A stretch of 64,000 nt of DNA from Macrostomum lignano (lineage: Eukaryota): NCBI GenBank assembly GCA_002269645.1, contig NIVC01000952.1, positions 114,758-178,757 on the forward strand, in the 5' to 3' direction. Both the position numbers and the translations under genes were made by a program. Every line of letters begins with the position of its first letter. The stretch's first letter is position 1. The notes below the pieces were generated by a model. That model made no database searches and was not told the origin of the DNA. It saw only the letters and a program-made list of their open reading frames with translations. This document shows, piece after piece, positions 12,289 to 24,077 of this stretch.

Positions 12289-13480
12289 AAATGTCATAGC
12301 GGCGATTGTTCCGATTTACTAATGTAAGGCTAAGTTGTCGAATAAAAAACTGAAGCGACGGATCCAAATCAGAGTCAGAATCTATATCATCACTGATTCT
12401 ACTAACAAACGCTTCGACTTCACGTTGGGGATTGGCGTCGGAATTTTTGCACTGCACGACAACAGCATCCAGCGCTTGAGTGTCGGTTGAAATCCCAACA
12501 AGTCTCGAACCGAAATCGGTGTATGCAGTTTGAATGCACGAATCAGAAAGTTGGGTGAGACAAAAATTCGAACAGACAGGTCTCCATCTTTATCTAACGT
12601 AAACAAGTAAACGTCTTCGTTCAGAATAGCTGTGTTCAGTGCATGTCGAGATACGACATCCGAATTTTTCACCTCAGCTCGAAAACTTTCCCATGCCGGC
12701 AAAAAATCAAGCAGCTGAAAAGCGTCCATCTCATCGATGTCGCCGCACCTCGCATCAGAAAGAACACCGCGCTTTTCGGCCTGTCGGTCCTGGTCTAAAA
12801 TAAGAGTAAAAATAAAAGTAAGATAATTGTGAGCGGCAAAATCGATATAGACGCTAAGTGTTGAGCAATCTTTAAGTTACGTACCTTGGTTCTGAACAAA
12901 ACACGAGCTAGGAACTCCATTAAAAACAGAAGGAGGATTAATTGGCCTTTCGGTAGAGTTTTTCTTGACCATTGGAGCATCGCTTGGCCAATGCTTTACG
13001 CACACGCCCATATGGTCAGTCACTCTCTAAAATAATAAATTTTGGGTTTCAAGTTGTTTGGACGAGACTGGCATGCAGAATTGAAGCGGAATTATGCAGC
13101 AGTAATGACAGCAAATGATCTGGTTTCTTACCTGGAGAATATTTGGCAGCGCCTTTCTCCATCGCTCTCGCTCCTGTGGATCTCTGGGAAACGCAAATGT
13201 CCGTGTTCGAACGGCTTCAGAGTTGTAATTTGACGAGCACGGAAATACGCTGCACTTTCTTGGCATTTCATCAAGTGAATAAAAAATGATTCACTTGATA
13301 TAGTTCAGCTTAGCTTCACTGCTGGCCGCAGCTAAAGCAATTTTAATTTGCCTGATAGCAGAGAAGACTTGAAAAAGCCATAGAACAATACTTTTAAGCG
13401 AGCCCCTCAGATTTTTTGCCATGAATTGGCTCGTTTTGCGTCCCGAGGGTTTTAGTTGTCCCTGCGATGACTCATCTAAC

Positions 13481-13668
13481 AATGGTAGATTTATCTCTAG
13501 GTTTCGAGTGCGTAAATAGTCTATGGCACTCGTGCTAAGACTATTTACGCACTCGAAACCTAGTGATAGATTCATTGATTTATGGGCAAAGCATTCTTCT
13601 GGTTTTAGCCATAGACATAGATAGATAACGCGACTGTGCAGTAAATCCCAAGCCGTGCAGTAAATTCC
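13481..13668. repeat. Dispersed ~190-bp hairpin-containing repeat, copy 1
   Basis: Nearly identical to 55871-56084; internal palindrome ctaggtttcgagtgcgtaaatagtct...agactatttacgcactcgaaacctag. Confidence 0.85.
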
Positions 13669-14065
13669 ATTTAAGAATGCTTGGCCATATGTCAATGGGA
13701 TTCCTTCACGTTCACTCGTGCTGGTTAAATTCTATAATACCCGACAAAATTTCGTCTGTGGTCGAAAGCCCAAAAGTTGTCTGTGGCAGTCTTGGACTTT
13801 CGCTTGCACAGAAAAAACTTCGGCAGGTATTTAAAGCACGTACAGTACACGAATGTTGCTAAAACGATGAAAAAGTCAAAATCTTCTGTAATGTTTACAA
13901 AATCATATGGAATTCGACAGGTTTGAATCTGGTAGTCTCAATTGATTGATAAACTTGACTGCAAAATTTCACTTGAGATGATTTCCCATTATTTCAATGC
14001 GTTTGAAAATTCAGTTTTAAAATACTCTTTGCCCTACTTTTAGCAAAGAAGAGTGAGTTTAAAGT

Positions 14066-17000
14066 TCAAATTTTTGAAGTCCGAGGACGACGTGCACTCT
14101 TCTTGCGAATGCCCTTGTCTTGAAAGTCCAACGCAGAGTCCTCCTCCATCGTGACCCGAAGGATCCACCTTTGCTGAACCATGCTGGCTGGAACAAAACT
14201 GTCCACTGAGGTCGCATCCTTGATGGACTGCGTGGTCCTGACCGCCTGGAGTAAAATTGATTGATGAAGGAGTCAGGCTGCCATGCTGCACTCTCATTGT
14301 CAAGAAAAATTCCTCAAACGAACCCATTGGTAGAAGGCGAAGGCGGCAGCGCTCTGCAGGGCGATCTCGCGCTTGTCGATGCTGCCCAGAATCTCCGAAC
14401 TTCGGGCGGCGATGCGCGGATCAACGAAGCGCGGCTGAAACTCCGCGACAAACTTGTTGATGCTCTTCAACAGCGGCTGGCAGCGGTGCCACTTCTGTTG
14501 GTAACGTGGAGAAGTTCACGAGTAAACAGACCCAGTGAGGGGCAGCAAAATGACTGCACAGTACAATCTATAGAACACAAGCTCTGCACTCTGTACACTA
14601 CACACCGACCTAGCATTTAAAAAGCTTCTCCGCCCTCAATGCGAAATTGCGAATGAATTAAGTTGTGTCATTTTTACGATGTTTGGACATGTAATTAGGA
14701 TTGCGCTCATAAAATTAACACAAAATACAAACTTTCTGAACAAAAAAGCTCTACGAATATCTATAGAACTAACAGAAAATCAAGTCGTATCAAAAGATGA
14801 TCATTGGGTTTGTCCGCCATCAAATGGATCATTACAAATTTTACGCTGAAAAAATGAAAACCTCCATTCTCCGTAATGTATTTCTTCAATAAAACAAGCC
14901 TCTCAAAAGTTCCCCGAAAATGTAGTTTCCCGCCCTTCTACTTGGGTAGTCCTTGACTCACCCGTGTGCGCTTTTCGTAGTACCCGAGCAGCAGCAGCAG
15001 CGCCTGCACCGTCCGGTGCACCGTTTCCACTGGCCGGCTGTACTGCTTCAGCTCGGACAGACTCTTCGGACTCATCTCCAGCCGGTGTGAGGGAATTCGC
15101 TTCAGCTTGTCATCTCGCTGGATGGCCTCTCTGGCGAGCCGCAGGTCCTCGCGGAACAGCGCCAGCTGCGCCTCCGTCAGCGGCTGCGACTCGGCTTCAG
15201 CCTCCAGACGGTGCACCAACGCGCGCAGGCGGTCGGTGCTGCGGGCTCGCTGAGCGTCCGCCATGGCTGCGGAGGTTGGATAGAGCACGGTTCGAAATTG
15301 TCACTGGCCAAATTAATGTAAAGGATTTACTATACATACAAGCTACTTTGAGTTACATATCAGAATTAAGCACAACTGCACTTTTTTGTCAAAGAAAAAC
15401 AGAACCTTTTCTATTCTGTAGCGCCGTTAAAGTCTGTTGTGCCTCCTTCAGCTTTCTCGACTGACTGCCGCGCAGCTCCTTTTCGCGAGCCTCCAACGAC
15501 TCAACGGCCTTGCGCACCCGAGTTAACTTTCGGTCCAACAAGGCCACGTCCAGCTCAGCAATCAAATAATTCAGCTCAGCTTTTTCCGCCGCAATCGCTT
15601 CTGTGGCCTCCTGCGCTGCAGCAGCCGCAACCGCAGCTGACTTTGCTGCCGTCTCCGCCGAAGCAGCCGCCATGCGGGCTCCCCTCTTCGCGATGGAGGC
15701 CTCGGTGGCTGACTTTGCAGCGATCTCGGTGACTGCCCTGGCAGCAGCTTCGGCTTCGTGCGACGCTGATGATGCAAACTTTGCAGCCTCGTCGGGTAGC
15801 GGAGAACCGGCGATCTCCGCATCGAAGGCTGCAGCCTCAGCCGCTTTTGAAGCCGCATCAGCTGCCGAACTGGCAGTCACTTTTTCTTCTGCTGCTGCAG
15901 CTGCAAGCGCCTGCAATTCGGCTGCCACGTCGTTCGCTGACTCAGCCGCTAATTTGGCTTTGACAGCCGCCTTCTCAGTCATTTCCGATCGATACGATGC
16001 CGCCGAGATATCCTTCGCATCAGCCGCGGTCTTTGTTTCCAGTTCCTCATCAGCAGCCGCCAATACTGCCGATTGGGACTCGGCCACCGCCCTCGACACC
16101 GCGATGCTAAAGCCGCCAACTTTGATGCCTCCATTGCTGCCGCTTTCAAAGCCGCTTTGGCTTCAGCCGCTGCTTTTGCTGCTGCTAGGCTCTGAGCTTG
16201 AGCTCTTTCTGCCGCAGCTGATTTTCGCAAAAGCTTTTGCTCTTTTTTCTTCTTTCTCGTACGCCAAGGCCAGCCTTTTTGCAGCCAAATCGGCAGCAGC
16301 TCTCACCTCAGCGTGACTCTGTCAGGAAAAGGATAAAAAATACCAAAAATATTTCGAACAAATGCATTTCGAGATAAAACCGATGGCAGAACAACTTTAT
16401 TAAGTACCCAAACAGGCAGCGACTCCAGTCCCTTATCGCGGCGGTGTCGGTTCTCCTGTTTCCGCTGCCGATTCTCCTCGGCCACCCGACGTCGCTCGTT
16501 TAGCTCCCGAGCTTCGCGCAGTGCCGCCGCCTTGGCCTCTGCGCTGCTCTCCGACTCAACGTCGAACTTTACAAGCTGTGTCTCAACGCCGTCGTTGACA
16601 CGGGCCACCACCGTCACGCCGCCGCTCCCCGCAGTGTTCGCTCCATCGGTGTTACCCGCAGATGCCGTCACGGACCCGAACCACAACCGCGGGTCCTGCG
16701 GGTCGCGACTCAACGGCTCCCGACTGCCGCTTCGCTCATCGACCACCTCCACAGCGCCGACAGCTGTGGCGTCCTCGAAACGGAGGCGGATCGGCGTCGG
16801 CTGTCCAACGGACAGCGTGCGGTCCAGCGGCTCGATGAGCGCTCCGCCGACCGGCCAGTCCGCACCGAGGCTCGGAAACGCGGATGCAGATCCGTCCAGC
16901 TGGCCCACCGCTCGCACGAAGTACGTGAAGTACGGGCGCCAGTCTCCGCCGCTCTCTCGGAACGACAGGCGTAGCAGGTAGTGGCCCGCTCTCGGGAACC

Positions 17001-20000
17001 GGCACCGCACCTCGAAGCCGCCGCCCTCGACACCGCTCACTAACGAGTAGTCGCCGACCGACTCGGTCCCTCCGTCTGCTCCGATACCCAGCATCTCCGA
17101 CTTCAGATCGATGCCTGCGTCGCCTTCTTCGCCTGCGCCATCAACACCGAAGCGCATCGCCAGCTCGAACTCTTCGGTTCGAACGTACGGCGTTTGGTGG
17201 CTCAGTGGCACCAGCCGACAGCCTCCGCCGTTCGCCTTGCTTGCAGCGGCGAGTCCGAGACCTCCGACGCGGCTCCAGTCGGGCAGCGGGAAGCTCGCGC
17301 CGTCCTTGGCTTCGCTGCTGGCGTCCACCAGGAACTGGCCGACGGGCCGACCGTTCTCGTAGAGCACCAGAGCGTAGTAGCCGGAATCGGGCGCCAGGAA
17401 CAGGAAGGCGTTGCGGTGATTGTCGCGCCACACGAGCACGCTGCTCGTCGGCAGGGGCTTGTTGTCCGGACCCAGCGCTTGGCACATCAGATTTCTGCAA
17501 TTGGTAATAGTTCAGTAGCTACGCCTGTATTTCAAAAGTAAGAAATAATGCTACAGTCTCTATTTTAGTGTCTCTTCTCATAATTGCCTACTATGCTGCC
17601 AATTTCCTGCTAATAGAAACCTGTATTCGAAGTATTCTAACCTTCAATTTTAGTAGAAGCGTACGAAATTTAACAATAGTGTTCACCTTATGCCAAACCT
17701 GTCTTCTAGTGCAGTAATCTCGAAAGTTGCTTCTCCATTGGCTGCCCTCAGTTCGCCTGACTCATCTGAGCTGAGCCCCTCTTCACGCATTTCTTGACCG
17801 GAGCCGAATTCGTTCAGATCTTCATGGCCATCCGGGATAAAATTGGCTGAGACCCAGCTCTGTGGACTGTGAACAGCGTAAGTGACAAACGTGCTGCCTT
17901 TTAATCTTTCATCTGACACGTAACGCCAGAGCCTGATGGCCAGGGCGTACTGTCCCGCATGCGGCGGCTCGAATATGAACTTTACGGTGCTCTTGGACAC
18001 CCGAATAGCCTTGCTGACACAGGCCTTCTGTTGGTAGGCAGTCAAATGCGCCAAGTTCGATCCGTCAGCAATGTGCTTCTTGTGTATTTTCAGCAGCATT
18101 TCGTACATGTACTGCTCATTAGTAAGTTCTCGGAGCAGGATTTCTACGGATCCGGGCTTTGAAATGATGACGTTTTTTGGATGACTGACTGTTTCTAGCT
18201 GGTAGACGTTCATCTCCGTTTCCGTGCCGTCAAAGTAGTCGATCATTTCTTCGAACTCTTCAAATTGCAGCGGCCTGGCCAGCAGCTGCCACTCGAGCTG
18301 GTCTTCGCTGGGGAAGTGACTGACAACGAACTGGTGCGGGTCAGTCAGGAACCAGAACTCGTTGAGATCGTAGACTGTGGTGCCGCCGACTTCTGTTACA
18401 TCATTCACAAGGCCGCGCTCATCCACCTGTCTGTAGTTGCCTGCCTCGAAACCGCTGACGGATTGCGCGGACCAGTGCGGATCTATGAATCGCCATTCGC
18501 CCTCGACGTAGCAGGCAAACCAGACGCCGCCAAGTGGTGCCCTGAGCCCAGACTCATAACCGATGCCCTTCTTGTAGCCGGTAATTACTTGCATCGGCAC
18601 ACCGGCTATGCTAAATTGTGTCCGATAGGGTCAGGTGAAATTTTCAAGCAATTTTCAAAGTGATCTTTTCAATAATTCCCGCATGATATCAGCAAATGTT
18701 TCAAATTATTCAAGTTAAATAGTACACAGGAAAGGAGTGCCCAATTTAATAGAGGATTTTTTGCATAGACTATTTAACAGTAAGAATCCGAAGCCATTTT
18801 TCCGCCCGTCGACCTATCAAGGTATAATTACCCCCCTCCCTGACAACTTTTTTGCTGCGCCAGAACGGAGCAACGCAGGCACACGAAATTCAAGAAAACG
18901 GGCTAAACTTTTGTTGCGCACCTTCACAAACAAAATCAAGCTTTTTGGACTGTCGAGATATTCAACGATTCTACCAGAAGGTCGACTCTTTCCCCGAGTA
19001 TTCCCAAGTTTCCCTAGTGCATTCAGTACACCCCTGTGCGCCAAGCAGCACTCCACCTCAGTGCAGCCTTGCCAAGCATCCAAATTTCATCAGCGCATCG
19101 ACTACACGTGTTTGCATCAGCTGTGACTTCTTTGGTCACTGGCCTTCACCCAGGCAGAGCTTCTGTCCTTCAACAGGTACTGGTAAAAAATTTTATGTTT
19201 CAGAAATGTAGCTCGTATCTAGAGAAGAAAAATGCATAGTCATCTGGGCTATCTGTTGAAGGTGTCGACGGCATCGGGATGATGACGGAATGCTTGAGAG
19301 ACTAGCTGAAGATGTCGAGCAGTTGAGATTCGCCCACTAAGGCTTGATCAGCGAAACTAGAGAAATCCGCAACCGGAGCAACTGATTTCCGCCATCATGT
19401 TGATGTACCAGGATACGACCGCTTCGGTGATGACGCCAGATGGACTGTCGGACCAATTTAGCACGTCGTCAGGCGTGCTGCAGGGTGACACTCTGGCGCC
19501 TTTCCTGTTTGTGCTTGGTCTGGATTGGGTACTGAGGACCGGCGTACCCAACGGCTTCCTGCTGCGAAGACGCATAAATCGGTGGCACCCGGAGTAGCGG
19601 CTCTCCATTCTCGGCTGCGCGGACGACCTCGCGCTGCTGTCATCGTCGGCAAAAGGCGCTCAGCGGCTGCTGGATGGCCTGACGGCAGCAGCATCGCGAG
19701 TCGGCCTCATGCTGAACGCACGGAAGACGGTAGTCTTCACGGTGTCCTCCAACCTGCCTGTCGAGATCAACTACCGAGACGCTGCCCGAGAGGCAATCAT
19801 GATTACCCGTTGCCAGCGGTTCCTGTACCTCGGCGGCCTCGTGCCGGACGTTGCCGACAACCTGGTGAGAAGACAAGGCCTGGCATGGGCCGCGTTTCGT
19901 TCTGTGCGCTCCGCGCTCCATTCTGAGGCCCTGGATGACGGGCTCAAAGCTCGGCTGTTTCAGGTAGTCGTTGAGACTGTCTTGTTGTACAACGCCGAGA

Positions 20001-21955
20001 TCTGGACCCTGACGGACGCTTTGGAGAGGCAGCTAGACGCTGCGCATGCGGCCATGCTGCGTGCGGCTTTCGGAGTGCGCAGCGGTTCAGGCAGCGAGAC
20101 CAACGCCGCTTTCTACACGAGGGCATGATGCGGCCTTCTGACCTGCGGCGACTTCGACTGGCTGGCCACGTCATCCGGTCGGAGGCTCGCTGCCCTGAGC
20201 CGCTGCACGAGGTGCTGCTGCTCAAGCTGCAGGGACCGCGCAGGCGAAGCCAAGGGCGAACGGCGAGATACCCTGATAGGCTTTTGACCGATGCTGGCGC
20301 CCTGGACCAAGCTGGGGGTTGTGACTTTCTGAGGGCTTTGCCCAGAGACGCGCTCTCTGACTTTTCCCCTCTTTCTAGCCACTGCGTGGCTGGCGGGTGA
20401 AGTACTTTGTTGTTGTTGTTGCAACAGGGTGTCCATAGTTACCTGGTGTCACCTGTTGAATGTTCAGAAGCTCCGCCTCGGTGAAGGCCAGTGACCAACG
20501 AAGTCACAGCTGATGCAGGCACATGCGGTCGACGCGCTGATGAAATTTGGAGGCCTGGCAAGGCTGCACTGAGGCTCAGTGCTGATTGTGCCGATTGTGC
20601 GCATGTATGATCAAAGAGAGTTGGTGAAATACGTGTATCATTCATGGCCTTGCAGTTGGGTCCTCAGCCCACTTAACAATAGTTGGCATGCACAACTCGA
20701 ATGTCATGCAGGCCTGTCTTACTGTGGGTTACCAAATTTAGTGACGCACTCGTAGATAATTGCTGAAAGCGCGTCAAATATTGCATTTTTATTTATTCTG
20801 GAACCTGAAACTTTGGTGCGAGTGAGCGATTTCTAGTATGGCTTGGCAATCTTACATGAGTAGCGCGGCAAAAACCTCGCTGCAGTTTCCAAGTCGAATA
20901 TTTTGATACGGTTGCTTCTCTACAGCAACCTCTGCCAGCTGCCGGTGCGCGCAGGCGAAGCAGAACGCGACCCTCACCTTCTCCAGGTTGCTGCGGCTCT
21001 GCTCGAACAGCCGCTCCGCCAGCTGCTCCCAGTCGTCGCTTGGCAACGGCGTCACCGACTCAGCGAACTTGTCCGTCTCTGTAAAGTCCTTCGATTCGAG
21101 CAGCTCCGTTTTGGTGCGTCGCGGTGGAAACGGAGCCGGCGGCGACTCGTTCGCTGCGTCGCCCAATGGATTGGGCGGCTGGCCTCGCTGCCGCTGCAGC
21201 TGCGCCAAGCCGGCCAGCGTCGGGAAGCGGCCGGACTCGACGCCTCGCTGCACTTCAGCAGAGTCGGCGGGAAGCAGGTACTTGGCCAAGGGCACCTCGT
21301 CATCGGCCAGTTGGTAGTTGGAGTAGTACGGTAAGTCGTCCAGGTAGCTCGCCTAAGTCAATTGATACAAAAAGCATTTGCTCACTGTCTCAGACAAAAC
21401 TGCTAAATTTCTAAATTGTAAATTTCTGTTCAGCGCATCTTAACTGAAAGCAGCAAGCAACCTTGCGCTCAATTACAGGTCTGCTAACCAAATATGTCTG
21501 CGGACCAGCTTAGAGACTACTCAGGCGTTTGAAGACTAGATAGAGGGTAATGGAGACTAGATGGAGGGTATGGAGACTAGATGGAGTACATGGAGACTGG
21601 ATGGTGGGTATTGAGACTAGACAGAGGGTATGGAGACTAGATGGTGGGTATGGAGACGATATAATAGGTTTGGAGACGACATGATAGGTATCATGGGGGG
21701 GGGGTTGGATGGAGGATGAATATGAAGGACAACAGGAGTCAAAGACGAGCTGGTGGGTCTGAGAGTCGTACCCGGTACTTACAAAAAATTTGAGGCAAAA
21801 TCTTGTTTTGGAACGAGCGAAGAATGCAGTCAAATTCAATGAATGAATTATTATTTGAATGAAAAGAAACCAACAATCGGATTGTAAACACGACTCAATG
21901 CTAATTGAAATTTAAGTGTGCCAGTACTTACCATGCCAGACTCAGCAGTTTCCAT
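14066..21955 (-). CDS. Paralog B: hillarin/KY-like pseudo-transglutaminase, beta-rich (Ig-like) region, Ala-rich helix, dynein MTBD-like domain
   Basis: Phase-compatible exons: 21932-21955 (METAESGM, tentative first exon), 20856-21352, 17687-18610 (ITGYKKG...[19 protein letters not shown]...WFLTDPHQFVVSHFP), 16408-17494, 15406-16318 (two frameshifts), 14962-15266 ([27 protein letters not shown]), 14324-14494 (KWHRCQ...[11 protein letters not shown]), 14066-14245. Confidence 0.85.
19357..20421 (+). mobile_element. 5'-truncated non-LTR retrotransposon (RTE-like RT C-terminal part) with (GTT)n tail
   Basis: SGVLQGDTLAPFLFVLGLD, GCADDLALLS, FLYLG and VETVLLYNAEIWTLT motifs with stops; tail ttgttgttgttgttg at ~20406-20420; lies in an intron of paralog B. 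Confidence 0.85.
21541..21660. repeat. 20-bp minisatellite (tggagactagatggagggta)
   Basis: About six degenerate units in the first intron of paralog B. Confidence 0.8.
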
Positions 21956-22909
21956 GGTCGGGAGCGGATACTGTCTAATCACTGAAGCCTTTTCTCTTGC
22001 CTGGATCTTCTCTGCTCGCTCAAGTTTCCAATGCTTAAATATTTTCAAGAAGTGTTTAACCGTTGGCGCTGCGCTGTCACAGAGTGTCTCTTAGATACTG
22101 TATCAGCTTTTGAAGAGTTCTTATCTCTTGCCCAGCTCATCAAATTTTGAATCTAATTTAGTAATTTTACCTTGAAGAGAACTTCAGAAAAGAAGAATCT
22201 CACACCATATCTCTTTAGGCGAAATCAGGCAAAAGTTTATTGAGACCGCTTGTTGACTTCCGTCACAAATTAATGCGAGAATTCTATCGAAAAACTTGGT
22301 AATCATTGAATCATAAATAAGAGGAGAAGGTTGGGAATGGAGCAGACACATCTATACTCAACAAAATTAAAAAGTCGTCACCATTTGAGAATGCGCAGTA
22401 AATTCTAGCTCAGTATATTGATTTTTGAGTGACGCAACTTGCGCCACGGGACGCAGAGTTGGGCTGGGTGAGGAGGGATTGGGAGGAGTGGACTCGTGGA
22501 GGCAAAGATCGGATGGATTTGAAGCTTCCGCCCGGTTTTCATTGTTTTTTCAAGCTTTTTTACTATCAAAATGGTTGGCCAGGTGATAGACGCTGGTCGA
22601 AAGACACTGCTCGCTGGGGCAAAGGGTGGCGACTTTTCACTGTTGCTAAGTAGCTAGATGTGAAAATCAACTCTCTTAAAAATCTAGGAACGCGATCTGT
22701 TCTAAAAGAATCGAACAGCATGGTAGATTGTATAGTATGTTGCGGAGTTTAATAATGGCGAAAAACACGAGTGCGCGTAGCACGTGTGTTTCTGGCCATT
22801 ATTCAACGATGCAGCATGCTATAAAAGCACGTTATAAAGAACTTTTACCCAGCAGACAGACACAAGGACGAGTTAGAAAGTCGTTTTTTACACTTAAATT
22901 GAACGAGAG

Positions 22910-23547
22910 ATGGGGTGGGTGAACTGATTGGTCACTTAGACAGAGAGTATGGTGTACATTGATTGGGGTGGATGAACTGATTGGTCACTTAGACAGAGAG
23001 TATGGTGTACATTGATTGGGGTGGGTGAACTGATTGGTCACTTAGACAGAGAGTATGGTGTACATTGATTGGGGTGGATGAACTGATTGGTCACTTAGAC
23101 AGAGAGTATGGTGTACATTGATTGGGGTGGGTGAACTGATTGGTCACTTAGACAGAGAGTATGGTGTACATTGATTGGGGTGGATGAACTGATTGGTCAC
23201 TTAGACAGAGAGTATGGTGTACATTGATTGGGGTGGATGAACTGATTGGTCACTTAGACAGAGAGTATGGTGTACATTGATTGGGGTGGATGAACTGATT
23301 GGTCACTTAGACAGAGAGTATGGTATACATTGATTGGGGTGGATGAACTGATTGGTCACTTAGACAGAGAGTATGGTGTACATTGATTGGGGTGGATGAA
23401 CTGATTGGTCACTTAGACAGAGAGTATGGTGTACATTGATTGGGGTGGATGAACTGATTGGTCACTTAGACAGAGAGTATGGTGTACATTGATTGGGGTG
23501 GATGAACTGATTGGTCACTTAGACAGAGAGTATGGTGTACATTGATT
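22910..23547. repeat. 53-bp tandem array, about 12 near-identical units
   Basis: Unit gaactgattggtcacttagacagagagtatggtgtacattgattggggtggat; period measured 22921 to 22974. Confidence 0.95.
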
Positions 23548-24077
23548 ACGCGTGGCGAGGGCCAGTTGAATTCGCTATCGGATAAGATAAAAGGCGAGTC
23601 TATAACTTAGTCAAACTTTTAATTAGCTTAATAAAATCATAGCAGTATGCCTGCTCTTATCAATTGGAAAAATCTGCCGCTGAATGGTGTAATAATGGCC
23701 GTTTTGACTTGTCATTGTGTCTGGGTAAAAGTTCTTTGCAATGCTATAATCTAGGCCATTATTATTTAGTTCGTATATACTTCTCTTCGGTTAAGTGGAA
23801 AAGATATATATATTAAAAGTACATGTGGCACTTTAGCTCATAAAACAAAGAACCTACTCGTATATAAAGAAACATGTTTAAATGTAAATAATAACGATTA
23901 TTGGTTACAAGAAAGAGGATGTAAACCCTTTTCCCTCCTTAATGAGCTTGATGATCATTAAAGTGATCTTAGAAAGCCAGGATTGTGTCACGTCCTTGGA
24001 TAACTATTGTGCAGCATCTAGGAAAATCACAGTCGTTTTTCTGGGGGGCCTTTCGTCGTCTTTAGATAGACTGGAGT

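Larger units (their letters stand above)
11384..13464 (-). mobile_element. Internally deleted THAP/P-superfamily DNA transposon
   Basis: 116-bp TIRs (11384-11499, 13349-13464; CAGGG...CCCTG) and TSD cgatgactc. THAP start MPRKCSVFPCSSNY...FAFPRDPQERERWRKAL at 13266. P-transposase motifs SAYSYLRKLLPLPHPRTL and CVIC(F)DEMYIQPSVRY near 11800-12040; the rest is deleted. Confidence 0.9.

Noticed and set aside
14261-14620. Plus-strand [19 protein letters not shown]..., repeated at 24966-25220
   Set aside because: Antisense shadow of the conserved minus-strand MTBD exon, which has proper splice sites and a homolog in paralog A.
15603-17507. Multiple long overlapping plus-strand ORFs (also 27165-28200 and 34372-36667)
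   Set aside because: Stop-poor antisense frames of GC-rich or Ala-rich exons.
19110-19150. CISCDFFGHW, a possible zinc knuckle
   Set aside because: The final Cys of CCHC is missing, and there is no gag-like ORF around it.
22910-23547. Regularly spaced repeats resembling a CRISPR array (also 60379-60660 and 62440-62910)
   Set aside because: Units are contiguous with no unique spacers, there are no cas genes, and the context is eukaryotic.
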